Source: Camelus ferus (Eukaryota). From it: a stretch of 64,000 nt of DNA. The stretch spans positions 25,358,001-25,422,000 of the forward strand of contig NC_045711.1 of assembly GCF_009834535.1 (NCBI RefSeq), read 5' to 3'. How positions within the stretch are numbered: the stretch's first letter is position 1; the number at the start of each line of letters is the position of its first letter. This document shows positions 38,425-50,900 of this stretch, piece by piece. The translations under genes and the position numbers were made by a program. The notes under the pieces are model-generated. The model was not told where the DNA came from. It saw only the letters and a list, made by a program, of their open reading frames with translations, and ran no database searches.

Positions 38425-41328
38425 GCCAAACTCTGGTTTTCCTATCGAAGCCACTGAAGATGGCAGGAAAGCACAGAGGAAATCTCATTTCAAAGTTTGG
38501 AAGTTCCCGGCCAAAGTTGGGTGCGGCAGGGACACCGAGGCAAGTCTGTTCCTGGGAGACACAGGACTCCCCTGAAGGCCGACTTCAGCTCAAGGACTCC
38601 CTCACAGTTTAACAGAAACTCCCAGAGGCTGCACAGCAATCCTAGACACTTCGACCCAACCTTCCTGCTCTCTCTCCTTCACCTGGGCCAGACCTGCTCT
38701 CCTCGCCCCTCCTGGCTCCTACCCCGTTTCTCTCATGGGTATTTCCCCTAATACATTGAGTTCCCTTTGGCATCTGCTGCTTGGAAGGCCTGGACTCACA
38801 CAGTGGGTCTCCTGCATGGGAAAGTACATAGGATTTAAAAAAACGGGGGTGTCTGGTTACATGCCTTGGGAAGAGTTTGCCCTTGGCCCTGAGAAAGGCC
38901 TTGGAGAGGACATTTTTAAGGGAAGCAGAGTTTTGAAAAGAAGGAGCTGGCTCTTCTGTACTCAGAGGAAGCAGTGCGCAGAGCTAGCTGCAAGCTCAGG
39001 TGCTATGTTTGAAAGAAAACTGTAAGCAACAGAGAAGAAATATACATGCACCCAGAGGCTGATACCCTGTGGGTCCTCAATGAATGAATGAATGAATGGG
39101 TGAGTGGGTAAATGCCTTAGTTTCAAAGTGGACAGTAGCCACTTCCCAAAGGCAAGAATTCACGATCACTGGAAAGACTTGGGAGATACCAACTTTAGCT
39201 GGACTTGCAAAAATTTAAAAACATAAAAAACCAAAAATGTAAAAACATGGCCAATGACAGGATCTCCTTAGGTCCGACCCATGGGTACCAGCACTGTTTG
39301 CCCCAGGGCAAACATGGGTTGTCCGTGATGCTGACTTTGGACATCCTCTGACTATGGCCCCCCGGTCCCCACTTCTTGAACCAAATTCCATTCAGCTTGT
39401 ATTTCCTCCTGGATTAAAAGGCTCCATTTATTTGTTGTGTGCAGTGGCTTTAATAATTTCCATTTCAAATCCAGATTCCCCAAGCTGGAAGAAGTGCTTC
39501 CTAGAGAGAATATTCCAGAACGCTGAGGATTCGGTCAGTCCATCCACGTCCACCTCGTTCATTTGCTAAAGGATATAACAGGTTCTCATTCTTTTTCCTC
39601 TTTTCCTTTCCAGGGTGAAGAGTTCTCATCACTTTCTTCTCACATCATCTGAAAACAGTTCCATCTTTTTGGGACCCTTTCTGGTTCAGTGAACACAGGG
39701 TCCAGGGTGACAGGGTTCAGTGTTTCAGACCCAGCTGAATCCTGCCTGGAGGAAGGGACAGGGTGATGCTCTTGTATTGGCCTTTTTAGAGACAGCCGCC
39801 CCTGGAGATGATCACATCAGGAATCAGTTGATGACTCTACAGAACTTATTTCTGGACCACAACCGAGAGCTCAGAGCTGATCAATTTACAAATGTTATTG
39901 AATTATTTCCCCCTAAATCCAAGATCATCCTTAGACCTGGTCCTCCTCTGCCTGTGCCCCTCCCCACGGAATGAGTGCTCCACAGGGCCAAAGACCTATG
40001 TCCCTCCAACAGACCATGCTTTGCCCCAAGCTAATGTTGGGGCAAAACTGCTAGTGTTGCACCCCGTATCTGAGTGGCCAAGGGGTGGCTGTTTGCAGGG
40101 GTGTGGACAAAGCTTGGGATGTCCACAAAGCTTGGGGTGTCCATGTGCATTCTCTTGAGGACATTTGGGGTGTGGAAAGTGTAGGAGGCGGAAGAGCAGG
40201 GGACCACCTGTGGCTGGGGAGCTGAGGGCTGGGAGATGGCTAGGCTGCCATGTTTGGTGCAGAACTTCTGAGAATCCCACATTTAAACCTGGCTTCCCGG
40301 TTGGTAGGAAGGTATGTTTGTCAAGGTGGGAAGATCAGATACACTTGATTTGGTAGTTTCTTTTAGCTTGACTTAGTTAAAATATTGGGACATAGGGTAT
40401 ATGGGGCCCCCATTGGTATTTTAGCCCTAGCTCCCCAAGTCTTAGGGATAGATCTGCCTAATCTATTACCTTAGATACACAATGGAGTTTCTCTCTCCAC
40501 TCAAGAGCTACTGGGATTTTCCTGAGGTTTCTCCAGGGGGGCTCCAAGTTTCACTGCTTGCAGAAGCCAGATGTCAAGCTCAGGTCTAGATTTTCCACGG
40601 CACCTTCCCTCCTTGGGATCATTTGTGAAAGTGTTACCTAAGCGTGATGCTGGCAGAAAGCTCTGTGTCAGCTTTGCTACCATTCAGACAAGGATCTTTG
40701 TTCTCCCTCCCTAAGTCGTTTTGTTTACGTCCGTATTTGTGCCTCATGCACTTCCAAATGGATGGACTTGAGGTGATTTACGGGGAAAGGGCAGTTAAGG
40801 ATGCTGCCTGAGGAGGTTCTGCCCCAGAGTGAGGCTGGGTTGTTCCTGTATCTGGGCATTATACTTGGTTCTGGATTTCCTGGAAGTCAAGACAAAATGG
40901 GAAACCAGATAGGGTGTGTGGTACTTATTGCCAAACAAGAACACCCGAGTCCTTTCAATCAGTGAGTATTTTCTCTTGGCATGAGATGCTGGGAGGATTC
41001 TCTAGTACAAGAGGCCCTGGATGACGAAATGGGCAGTTGTCATTTTGCAGAAGATGCAAAGCTTTACTTATAGCTTTTGTATCGACCTTTGCTAAAGGCC
41101 AAGGCCTCACATTAAATTGCACTTCCGTAGAGGCCTCTCAATGGGAACTGGGCTAATGCTGTCTAAAAACGTTGCTTTCCTGTGACTTCATGATTCCGGG
41201 GGAACATTTAGAAAACCAAGATGAATGGGGTGGTTACCATGGCTCTTATAGTGGCTCTGAGTGACTTTTTTTTTTTTTTTTTTAAAACCAAGACAGGAAA
41301 TTCAAATGCCATAAAGAAAAGGACTGAG

Positions 41329-41465
41329 GAGGGAAGGTAGAGCTCAGGGGTCAAGGGCATACCGAGCATGCATGAGGTCCTGGGCTCCATCCCCAGTACC
41401 TCCACTAAAAAAAGAAATAAACCTAATTACCTCCCCAACTGGAAAAACAAAGCAAAACAATAAAG
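41329..41465 (+). mobile_element. tRNA-Ala-derived SINE (camelid Vic-1-like), diverged
   Basis: ggaaggtagagctcag...agcatgcatgaggtcctgggctccatccccagtacctccactaaaa...taaacctaattacctcccc. Confidence 0.75.
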
Positions 41466-41514
41466 AAAAATCTCAGTAGAAAAGCGAACAAAGTCTATGA
41501 ATTGGTATCTTTTA

Positions 41515-41900
41515 TGTGTGGGTATGAATGGTCAGTTTCATGTGTCACCTAGAGTCCTAGTGATTCAATTAAACAATAACCTAGATGTTGCTATGCAGGT
41601 GTTTTACAATGTGGTTAACATCTGATCAGTTGACTTGTCAAATCTTCAATAATCCGGGTGGGCCTTATCCAGTTAATTGTAAGACTTTAAGAGCAAAACT
41701 GAGGTTTCCCTGAGAAAAAAGAAATTCTGCCCCAAGATCGCGGCATCAGCTCCTGCCTGAGAATTTCCAATCTGCGAGCCTTCCCTACAGATTTTGGACT
41801 TGCCAGCTCACACAGCAACATAAACCAATTCCTTGAAATAAATCTCCCTTTAATATATATATTTCCTACTGGTGCTGTTTTTTTTAGAGAACCCTGATAC
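41515..41900 (+). mobile_element. MLT2-like ERVL solo LTR
   Basis: tttcatgtgtcac...aataatccgggtgggccttatccag...aaagaaattctgcc...ccctacagattttggacttgccag...ttccttgaaataaatctc...gagaaccctgatac. Confidence 0.75.
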
Positions 41901-41974
41901 AAAATAAAATAAAATGGTTCAATGAAATTTTGATAATGGTCAATATTGGCTGAGGCCTGGGGAAGCAGGCACAT

Positions 41975-42880
41975 ATGGAGACATCATTGGTGAGAGTACA
42001 CACCAGCGCATTTTGGAGAGCAACTGACAATATCTTTCAAAGTTACACTTGAAAATTCCTTTGACTCAGCAACTCTTTTTTTTTTTTGTAGCCAATGGCC
42101 ATGGGTACAGATTTAACAGGTGGATGACTCAGCAGTTCTGTGGCTTTGCTTGCAAAAGCACACCAAGATGAGTGCACAAGGCTGCTCACTGTAGTATTTG
42201 TAGGAGCAAATAATTCAGCAGTTGGGACGGGTAAATAAACCCCAGAATATCCATGCAATGCAATATCGTGAAACTGATAAAAGAATGAGGTAGATCTGTG
42301 TGTGTGGTTGGGGAAAAACTATATTATTAAGCAAAAGAGGAAGGGGCAGAGAGGTCTGCTTGTATGATGGCTTCACTTAGGTGTATATGCTGGTTGTGTA
42401 TGAACTTTGTTTAAGGAGGCAACAGAGGCTGACAGTGGTTACCTTTGAGGTTCTGGGGATGGTGAGGTGGGATTGGAGAGGACTTTTACTTTCCGTTTTG
42501 TTTCTTTCTTTTTTTTTTTTAATAAAAATATTGCTTGCATTACCTTTTTAATAAAGTGTTAACTGGGATTATTTCAGACTGGGCGTTATCGGCCATGTTC
42601 TCTTTTTGTATTTTTCTGTATTAAAAATCCCTAAAGAATGTAATAAACCAGTTGATGAAGTAAAGTCATAAAGAGTGATCCTTTACTTAACCTAGAGTAA
42701 ATTGCTTTTTGACAAAAAAGAGCAAAAAATTGGTCATGGATACACATGCATATATTTAACAGTGGTTAACAGTGGATGTCTCTGGGGCAGGCTTAGGGTT
42801 TATTTACAGTGCACTCTTTGTGATCACCTGTATTTTATTATTCCTCATCAACAAATACCCATTACTTTTGTGATAAGAAA
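41975..42880 (+). mobile_element. Old L1 (L1ME-like) 3' fragments
   Basis: ttttggagagcaactgacaatatc...tttgactcagcaact...aaagaatgaggtagatctg...acagtggttacctttgagg. Confidence 0.55.
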
Positions 42881-43089
42881 AGCGTCTGTGTAACGTGTTG
42901 GGGAAGCATGGATGAGATAAGACAACTCTGGTAAAAGCCAAGAGGAATGCCGGTGTCTAGCCTAACTGTTGCTTAAAAAAAATGCTTGGTTTTATTTTTC
43001 CAAGTAAATCTAGCATGCTAAAAGGTACTTAAAAAAAGATCAAGCTCTTTGAGCAGGAGTCTGAGCAGCAACGGATCCGTTTTGTTGCT

Positions 43090-43480
43090 TTCAGCAGGCG
43101 TTACCACCTTGGATATCCGAGGAGCAGGTGGCAGAGATGACAGACCCTCTGTTCTGAAAATCAAAGAGCCTTTTCATCTTCTCATCCTTGCAGCAGGTTA
43201 ACACACTCTTCGGAGACCTGTGTTTTTCTCAAAAAGAAGCAATGCCTCTGCCTGAATTCCCTGACAAGGGCTTGGTAGAGACTCAATTTCCCATTCCAGA
43301 GACTGCAGAGCAGAGGGGCATTAGACCTGGAAAATGTTCAGCGTTGGTGTTATCAGTTACTTGCTTTGTTAAATCAGTTTCCAGTTCACGATAAAGCATT
43401 TTTTCATTTTGGGGGAAGCTGTTTTCAAAACAGCCTTGGAGTGGATACCCGGATGACAACCAGCTCAAGAATGCGCTGTC
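43090..43480 (-). mobile_element. Decayed hAT/Charlie-like transposase, C-terminal part
   Basis: Minus-strand frames give LQGCFENSFPQNEKMLYRELETDLTKQVTDNTNAEHFPGL, then after a frameshift LYQALVREFRQR...VSEECVNLLQG*...GYPRW. This is collinear with the recalled hAT motifs LQG..F..DK..N..FP.L, L..EF..RF, EEL.EL and YP.L. No search was run. Confidence 0.5.
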
Positions 43481-43589
43481 TTATTAACTCTTTGATGTCA
43501 GGTTTCTTCATTGTCAGCACTGACCAGGATCAAAGGGCAGCTGGCTTCTCTCTCTCTTTAGCAGGATGGAATGCTTATATGAGCCGCAC

Positions 43590-43765
43590 CCAGGGTTGAA
43601 TCCTGACTTTGCTGATTACTAGCCATGTGACCCTGGACAAATTACTTGCTCTCTGAGCCTTGATTTCTTTACCTGAAAAGTGGGGATAACATTGCCTTTC
43701 CTCTAGATTTGTAGTGAGGATTCAATGCAATAACTACATGAAATACGGAGCATAGCACATAGTGG
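43590..43765 (+). mobile_element. MIR SINE
   Basis: gggttgaatcctgactttgctgattactagccatgtgaccctggacaaattacttg...ctgaaaagtggggataac...gtgaggattcaatg. Confidence 0.8.
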
Positions 43766-44039
43766 CTAGAAAAGATGGACTACAATTGGGTCCGACGTGA
43801 ACGGAAAGGTTTCTAAAAGAGTTGCTGAGAACAATTATGCCTTATGACTGGTTCCTGGGTGCTAGACAGTTTCTTAGCAGAGCTTACAGGGCCAGGGGAA
43901 GAATGACAATGAAGGAACAATAGGTCATTGGTTTATTCATTTTCCATCAATTGCTTGTTGAGCATATACTATGTGCCAAATGTGGTTTTAGCCACTGGGG
44001 ATGCAACGCTCATGGACCTTCTAACCCAGTGGGAGAGAG

Positions 44040-44345
44040 AGACCCAACGAACCCGGCCCTTTCAATACAGGAACTCCTTCATCTGTGAACACGTTGGATT
44101 GTGAAAAGATTTTTAGATTGGAAGACCAAAGTGACCACGAGGGGGTTTGTGGTTGTTGTCCTTGGAGGCATTTCCACCAAAAAGAAATGTGAGCTGGCTC
44201 TCCAAAGCTTTAAAACCACGCTTCTTGATGACATGTCTTTTACATGACATCTTTCCCCAAGGGAGACAGTATTGTTTGCGGCAGAAATCTGTTGAGCAGT
44301 GAGTGACATGAGCTCCTACATTGGTGGCTCCACCTGATTTCTGGA
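44040..44345 (-). mobile_element. Decayed hAT/Charlie-like transposase, N-terminal catalytic region (copy 1)
   Basis: ORF 44079-44309 reads ISAANNTVS..RCHVKDMS....LKLWRASSHFFL......LVF, then QMKEFLY in the adjacent frame. This resembles the recalled PLSNNTV.RRI.DM / F.LQLDESTD..LVFVR / EEFL. Confidence 0.45.
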
Positions 44346-44784
44346 ATAACCTTGCATTTCTGCAGGAAGAGATAAAGGATGAGTGAAGTATAAACCTTGA
44401 TGTTAAAAGTGATTATCTCAGAGTGATGAGATTAAAGGCAATTTAGTCTTTTTGTTTTTGCCCTTATCTGTATTTCACAATTTATTTTTCTAAAATGAAC
44501 ATGTGTTGCTTTTGTAATTTCAACCAACTTGTTCTGAATCACAAGCCACAGATGGTTCTATTGGCCCAAGGTCTATTCTGATCTGAGCCACATCAGAGGG
44601 AGAAGTGAGGGTGGGGGTCTTGAGACAGGAAGGGCAGGAGGGGCCAACCTTGAGGAGCTGTGAGGGAAAGTCAGAAGGACAGAGGATTTGAGTGAACAGA
44701 AGTCATGGGGCAGCCAAAGCCATGCAGTGGAGGATGAGGCAGCTGCTGTAGGGGAGGGTCTAGCTTTTGTGGGGTCTTCTTTCA

Positions 44785-45180
44785 GTTTTCTATTGTCACA
44801 ATAATGCTGCCATGAACTCTCCCAAGCTCAGTGGCCCGCGACAAGTCTGTGAGTTGGCAATTTAATCTGGATGTTCCTTCTGGCCTCAAACGGGCTCTCT
44901 GGCGAGTCTGAGGGTCAGCTGGCTGTTGGTTAGGGCAGCCTGGCTCTGTTGCATGTGTCTCTCAGTCCAGCCACAGGTTAGCCTGATGTGTTCTCAAGGC
45001 AGAAGCAGAGGTGCCTGGAAACAAGAGGGGATGCAGGAGGCCTCCAGAGGCTGGGGTTTGGAAGTGGTGCACCATCACTTAGATTTTTTTGGGCAGAGTA
45101 GGCCACAAGTCTGGTCCAAACTCATGGGGAAGTGGGGCAGACTCTACCTCTCTGTGAGAAGAACTTTGCAGTCAAATAGC
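44785..45180 (-). mobile_element. MLT1-like (MaLR) LTR fragment
   Basis: ttttctattgtcacaataatgctgcc...cccaagctcagtggc...gtcagctggctg...ggcagagtaggccacaag. Confidence 0.55.
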
Positions 45181-45499
45181 TATGGGGTAGTCATCTAGGG
45201 TGGGATCATCTCTCACAAGCCTGAAGCTTATACATCGTTGGGGGCTCCTTTTAAGAAAAAAGGATCCCCAAAGTATGAATACAAAATTTGATATAGGAGC
45301 CTGATGGAGGAAAGGGCGCTGACATTTAAGCTCCATCAGCTTCGTGGCAAAAATTTGCCTCACTTCCTCACTTCCACAAAGATGCAAGGAGCTAGAAGCC
45401 CTGGTGAGTGGAGCCAAGAAGGGAGACACAGCAGAGCCGCGGTCATGGTGGCAGAGCCCAGAGTGAGGCCCCTTCAGTCCCGAGGGGCCTGGATTGTGG

Positions 45500-45830
45500 G
45501 CAACCATCTGCTCTGGTCCTGATGAGGCCTGGTTGAACACTGCTTCTTGTTCGTCACCTGAGAGGCTTAGTTCCTTGGTTTTCTTCAGTTCCACCTGATT
45601 TAGACTTTGCTTTTGGAATTCTCAAGTGGGTCTTGCCACAGACTTTTTGTGGACTTTCTAATCCAGAGTGGGAGAGGCTCAGCGAAGCCAGCCCTTTCAA
45701 TACAGGAGCTCTTCCACCTGAGAACAGATTGGGTTCTGAAAAGATTGTGATTTGTTAAGTCTGATATGACCAAGAGACGTAGCTTGAGCGAGTCTTTGTT
45801 CCTTGTAACCAGAATCCAGTGATTGCATCA
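45500..45830 (-). mobile_element. Decayed hAT/Charlie-like transposase segment (copy 2)
   Basis: One frame reads LMQSLDS....RLAQ...HIR....SFQNPICSQVEELLY*...KELSLSGDE....SSG. It shares 53/64 nt with copy 1. Confidence 0.4.
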
Positions 45831-46030
45831 ACACAACATAATACACGAGCACACACACACTCCATGTGTGCACATAGAACCAGCATGCACAGTGCAATGC
45901 ACACGTGTAACATAGCGCCCACACACAGGCCCACATACAAACACGAAGAGACCGCCACATGCTCATACATGCACGCACACATGTGCCCACGGACTCTCAC
46001 ATTCACGCATGCGCGCGCGCACACACAGAT
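45830..46030 (+). repeat. CA-rich alternating purine/pyrimidine tract
   Basis: acacacacactccatgtgtgcac...acatacatgcacgcacacatgtg...acgcatgcgcgcgcgcacacacag. Confidence 0.8.
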
Positions 46031-47728
46031 GCTTCAAGGCAGGGGGCATCTCAGATAATCTACCTAGTCCCTGTTCACAGGTGGGGACAGGGAAGCCCGC
46101 TGAGGTAACTGACTCACGCAGATATCAATGGCCAAGTAAGGACGAGGGTCTCTTGTGGGACTTTGAGGACACAGCACCCCCAGAATAGCCAGATGCTCCT
46201 CCAGTCCCCAGAGGCACTTGTTTGGAGGAACAGACTCGACAGAGATCACTCAGAGATGCTCTGAGGATTCTCCTTTCTTGATTCAAAGGGGAAATCTCTG
46301 TTCTTGATCCAGGATCAGAGGGTTGGACCCCAGGCAGAACTTTGAGCAGCTCAGAGACTATTCATGCCTTACTGCCTGTGCCCAAGAAAGGAAAGTTTAC
46401 CCTGTATCTCTCGAAGCATCTGCCCCTTGTGTTTCAGGGTGCACCACCTTGCTTAATTCCTCAGCCATTTCTCCTGGAAGCCAAACAGGTGTCCCTGTTT
46501 GCTGAGGGCTGATGTCTCTCAGCATAACTGTACAGTGCCATGGGCCACAGATGGGTTTGCTCAGCAGTGTGGACCAGGGGCTGACCTAGCTCTCACCTCA
46601 TACTGTTGACCTTATGGCCTGGAGATATGTAAAGTGAGAGGCTGATTCTGGCCACATCCTGGGAAGCCCTGTCTTATCAGCTGCTGTGTTTTTCTGTGCA
46701 AATAACCCTCCTGATGCCTACCCACTCCTGATTAGGATGTGAGTGGCTTCTGTCTCTGCCTGGGACCCACTCACTCCTCAAGATGTCACAGGGTGTGTGT
46801 GGCACACAGCAAAAGTGGATCCAGGAGCAAAATATGAGAAAGAACCAATCCTTTTCCAACCTCTGGGCTTTACCCCAGGTCTTGCTGGGACTCTGATGAG
46901 GGAGAAAAGTGGGAGTTGGTCACAAGGTTGTCAGAAAGAGGGGAGCCAGATGGGCAAGCTGCTGTTTCTTTTTTTCCCACTTCAACAGGCAGTTATTATA
47001 AGGTGTGTGTTGGAGGGTGAGGGGTGAGGGGTTAATAGCCATGAACAATGAGCTGGATTCTTCAGGAAGGTATAATCGACAAGTTTCTGGAGGATTCAGG
47101 CTGGAGTCAAGATCCACGGGTTCTCATCGTGTAAGCTAGGGCACAGAGTATCAGAGTTTCGGGTATGCTCTCAGACAGAGGCCCTTCTTGCCCATTGGAC
47201 CAGTACTTCCCTGTGCACGTGTCCCTACTCTTTGAGTCCCTTTCTTTTAGTAGGTATTTTGGGATTTGATATCACCCTCAACTCCTCATTCCAATCTCTG
47301 GTCTAGTTGGAATCTAGACTGTCTCCTCTGGTGGAGCCTGTCAGCGAGAACAGGCTACAGCCTCCTTCACCTTCCAACCCTTCTGCTTTCGGCCCCCTCA
47401 TAATGCAGGTGAACTCCTGATCCTCCAGACTCCTAGGAATTTGACTACCCCTGAAGTGCCATGTATAGGGCATTGTGTCCATCAGACTTGGCTCTCCACT
47501 TCCTCTCTGAAGGAGCCGGGTTTCCCCCAACCCAATCTTCCCACCAGAGGGGAAGGCTTAAGTAAGAGCTGGTTGGACCTGGTGGGTCGGCAAACTTCAA
47601 GACCAAGAAGGCGTCACAAAGTTTCTCCTTTTAGAAAACCCACCATGGCTCTGGACAGGGAGGTATTTCTCAAGAATTTATTCATAATTTCTTCTTGCAT
47701 TGCTAACTGCATTGAAATTTCACCCGTT

Positions 47729-47790
47729 CCACTTCCTTCCTCTTTTAGTTATTCACCAGTGGGAAGGGACTGAAGGAGGAAGTGTAAGAG
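47729..47790 (+). promoter_or_regulatory. Putative myeloid promoter of CD300LF with ETS/PU.1 boxes
   Basis: GAGGAAGTG at 47776-47784 and CACTTCC near 47730, about 100-155 bp upstream of the ATG. No TATA box seen. Confidence 0.5.
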
Positions 47791-47886
47791 CGAGAGTGAG
47801 CGAAAGCAGAAGGGTTGGAAGATGAAGGAGGCTGTAGTTGGTTCTTGCTGAGAGGCTCCACCAAGGGGGACCTGTGTGAAGAGAAG

Positions 47887-47929
47887 ATGCACCTGCTTCT
47901 GCTCTTCCTTCTCATCCTCTGGCTTTCAG
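47887..47929 (+). CDS. CD300LF: CD300LF exon 1 (signal peptide)
   Basis: MHLLLLFLLILWLS G|GTGAGT. Confidence 0.88.
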
Positions 47930-50900
47930 GTGAGTGGGCCCTGGGTCTGCATTCATGGGGAAAGCTTACTGGGCAGGAGGAAGTGGCTGGCGGAGTAGGG
48001 GAGGGGATCTAGCAAGGTGACCTACTGAGAAACCAACCCCGTTTCTAAGTAGTTCCTCCCAGTCATGAGCCTTTGTGTTTCATCCACTCACTCCCTCACT
48101 CGGTGTTTCAGTGCCCATGGTTGCCAACGCAGAAATATGGAGCATGGTCTTAATAATGAAACCAGCACCAGGCATAACTCCTGACCACCCAGGGGCTGAT
48201 AATTCAAATGGGCACATAGATGGGTTCCCTAGTCAGGGAAAAGCAGAGGAGCCCTGGTTGCTCAGCAGGGCTGGTGAATACTCGTTCCAGCATGGTCACC
48301 TTCTGGAATGTGTGATGAGCAAGGGAAGGCTCTGGGGAAGGAGTGAGGGTGAAGGGGGCCTGGAAGGAAGGGAAGCAGACGGGGAGAGAGAGGTGATTCT
48401 AGACTTTTAGGGGTAGAAGGAAACAGTAGAAGTTGCTGAAGAAACGGAAATGGCAAGAGGAGGTAAGCTTGGTAGAAGAAGAGGAGAGGAGGGGCTGAGA
48501 GGTGAACAGAGATGGAGGTTGAAGTCAACTTGAAGTTGAAGGGTACCATTTTGATTAAAGGGATGCTGGGGGGCCTCAGAGCTCAGTGTTTGGGCGCCTT
48601 CTCTATCTAGAGTCACTCTCTTGTTGATCTCATCTTCTCTTTGGCTTTAAATACCGTCTCTATACAGATGACTCCTGATTTTGTATCCCTAGCCTGGACA
48701 TCTCCCTGAACTCAAGAATCTTCTATCCAATTGTCCATTTGACAATTTCACTCAGATGTTGACATTTCAAATATGACCTGACCACATCTTCACCCCTCAA
48801 GTCCCTTCCTCTCCCATCCTGTGTTCGGCAACTCCATCTTTTCAGGTGATCAGGCAAAACCTAGGAGTATCCGTCTCTCCTCTCATATCCCATACTGATA
48901 TTTTGAAAATGTAAGCCAGAGCCTCTCTCTCCTCTAGTCAAAACCCTCCAATGACTTCCTATCCTACTCAGAGTGAAAATCCAAAGTCCTTACAGAGGCT
49001 ACAAGATGCTCACCATCTGGGTCCCCTCATCACATCATTTCTCTAATCTCCTACTCTGCTCCCCATGGCTCAACCCACTCCAGCCACATTGGCCTCTTAA
49101 ATGTTCTTTGATCATGCCAGACACACTCCTGCCTCAGGGCCTTTGCACTTGCTGTTCAAACTGCCCATAGCGCTCTTCTTCAGATAGCCACAGCCTCCAG
49201 TCCTCATATCATTCACATCTTTCCTTGTCACTGAGGCCTTCATTGATGACTCCAATTAAAATAGCAATACTTTTGCATTGTTTTTCTCCATTGTTTGTCC
49301 TCTTCCTTTCCCTGCCTTGAAAGAATGTAAATTTCAGGAGGGCTGGGATTTTTGTGCCTACAGCCATAGTAGGTGTAGATTAGACAAATAGTAAGTATTA
49401 GTTGAATGAGTGAATGCATCTAACGGAGAGGGAACAATATGATTGCCCCCTGACCAAATCTTTCTAGTTCCGCTTTCTTAGAACTGAATAATTGAGAGTC
49501 TTAACATTAACTGGAGAGGATGTTGCCCGTGGGAATGTAAAATGGTGCAGCAACTTTGGAAAACAATTTGACATTCTTGAAAATGTTAAACAGGTGGTTA
49601 TCACATGACCTAGCTGTTCCACTCCTAGGTATATATCCAAGAGAAGTGAAGACATTTATCCATGTGAAAAACTTGTATGCAACTGTTCATGGCAACATAA
49701 TTCATAACAGCCAAAAAGTGGAAACAATCTAAATGTGTATCAGTCGATGGATGGATAAGTAACATGTGGCATACCCAGACCATGGAATACTATTCAGCCA
49801 TAAAAAGGAATGAAATACTAACACATGTTATGACCTGGATGAACCTGGAAAACATTAAGCTCAGTGAAAGAGTCCAGACACAAAAGGCCATACATTGTAT
49901 GATTCCACCCATATGAAATGTCTAGAATATGTAAATTCATAGGGACAGAAGGTAGATTATTATGTTGCCAGGGGCCGGGGGAGGGAGTAAGGGAGAGGGA
50001 CCACTGATGAGTATGGGGTTTCTTTCTGGGCTGATGAAACTGTTCAGGAATTGGTGGTGACGTTTGCATAGTTTTGTGAAAGTTCTACAAAGCCACTGAG
50101 CTCTACACTTTAAAAGGGTGAATTTCATGGTATATGAATTATATCTCAATAAGGAAATAATCAAGGAGCAGAGAGAAGAGCCAGGAGCAGTCAAGTTCTG
50201 AGGAAAGTTGCTGGGTGGCGTTTGCCGTTCTGTGGTCACCTGTGGATCTGAGGCTCCAGAATGGGATATTCAGGGCAACCAGACACCCCGATGTGACCTA
50301 TGACTCTTTCATGTGGTCTAATTTGATTATTCATCCCATCAGTCATGGACATGAAAATGATACTTCCAAGCAGTGATAGGTGCTGCGAACAAAGCTGAGC
50401 TAGACCCCTGACACAGTGAGGGAGACTCACGGGCCGGTGGGAGTGCCTTCCACAGGGTGGGCTTACAAGGAGCCCCCTGAGGAGGAGCCATCTGAGCTGA
50501 GACCTGGAAGACAAGAAGGAGCAGGCACTTCAGATCAGAGACAGCTTTTCAGGCACAGGAAGAGCAAGCCCAAAGGCTCTGTGGTGGAAATGAGCTTGGC
50601 CTTGGTACGGCTAAGGAACCGAAAGGCCTTGTGACGTCCTTACTCGCTTCGCAACCGCCTGCTGGGGCCGATTGGGAGGCTACTATTAACTATTTGGGGA
50701 AAAGGTCTTAGGGGAGGAGAGAGATGTGTGGCTCAGCCTAGAGTTTTGGGGTAGAAACGGAGAAGGTAGACTTTGGGTGAGAAGTTAGGAGACAAACTGA
50801 AAAGCAAGGAATGCACTTAAGGGACTGCTTGTTCCCCTCTGACACCTGGGAACAGGGGAACTTGATGGTGAGCAGTTTTGGGTAGTGTGGGTGTGTGTGC

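Noticed and set aside
39353-39745. Possible decayed exon on the minus strand (strong acceptor at 39746; PVTLDP and NPQR recall PRY/SPRY domains)
   Set aside because: It has four in-frame stops in about 130 codons, close to random expectation, and the motif spacing does not fit B30.2. A tblastx search would be needed to revive it.
40500-41200. Possible third copy of the 44/45 kb repeat (shared cctttcaat near 40950)
   Set aside because: Only a 9-nt match, with no convincing extension at the DNA or protein level.
48075-48410. 111-aa ORF with an acceptor-like gtttcag just downstream of CD300LF exon 1
   Set aside because: It has no similarity to CD300 domains that I can recognise and no clear matching donor.
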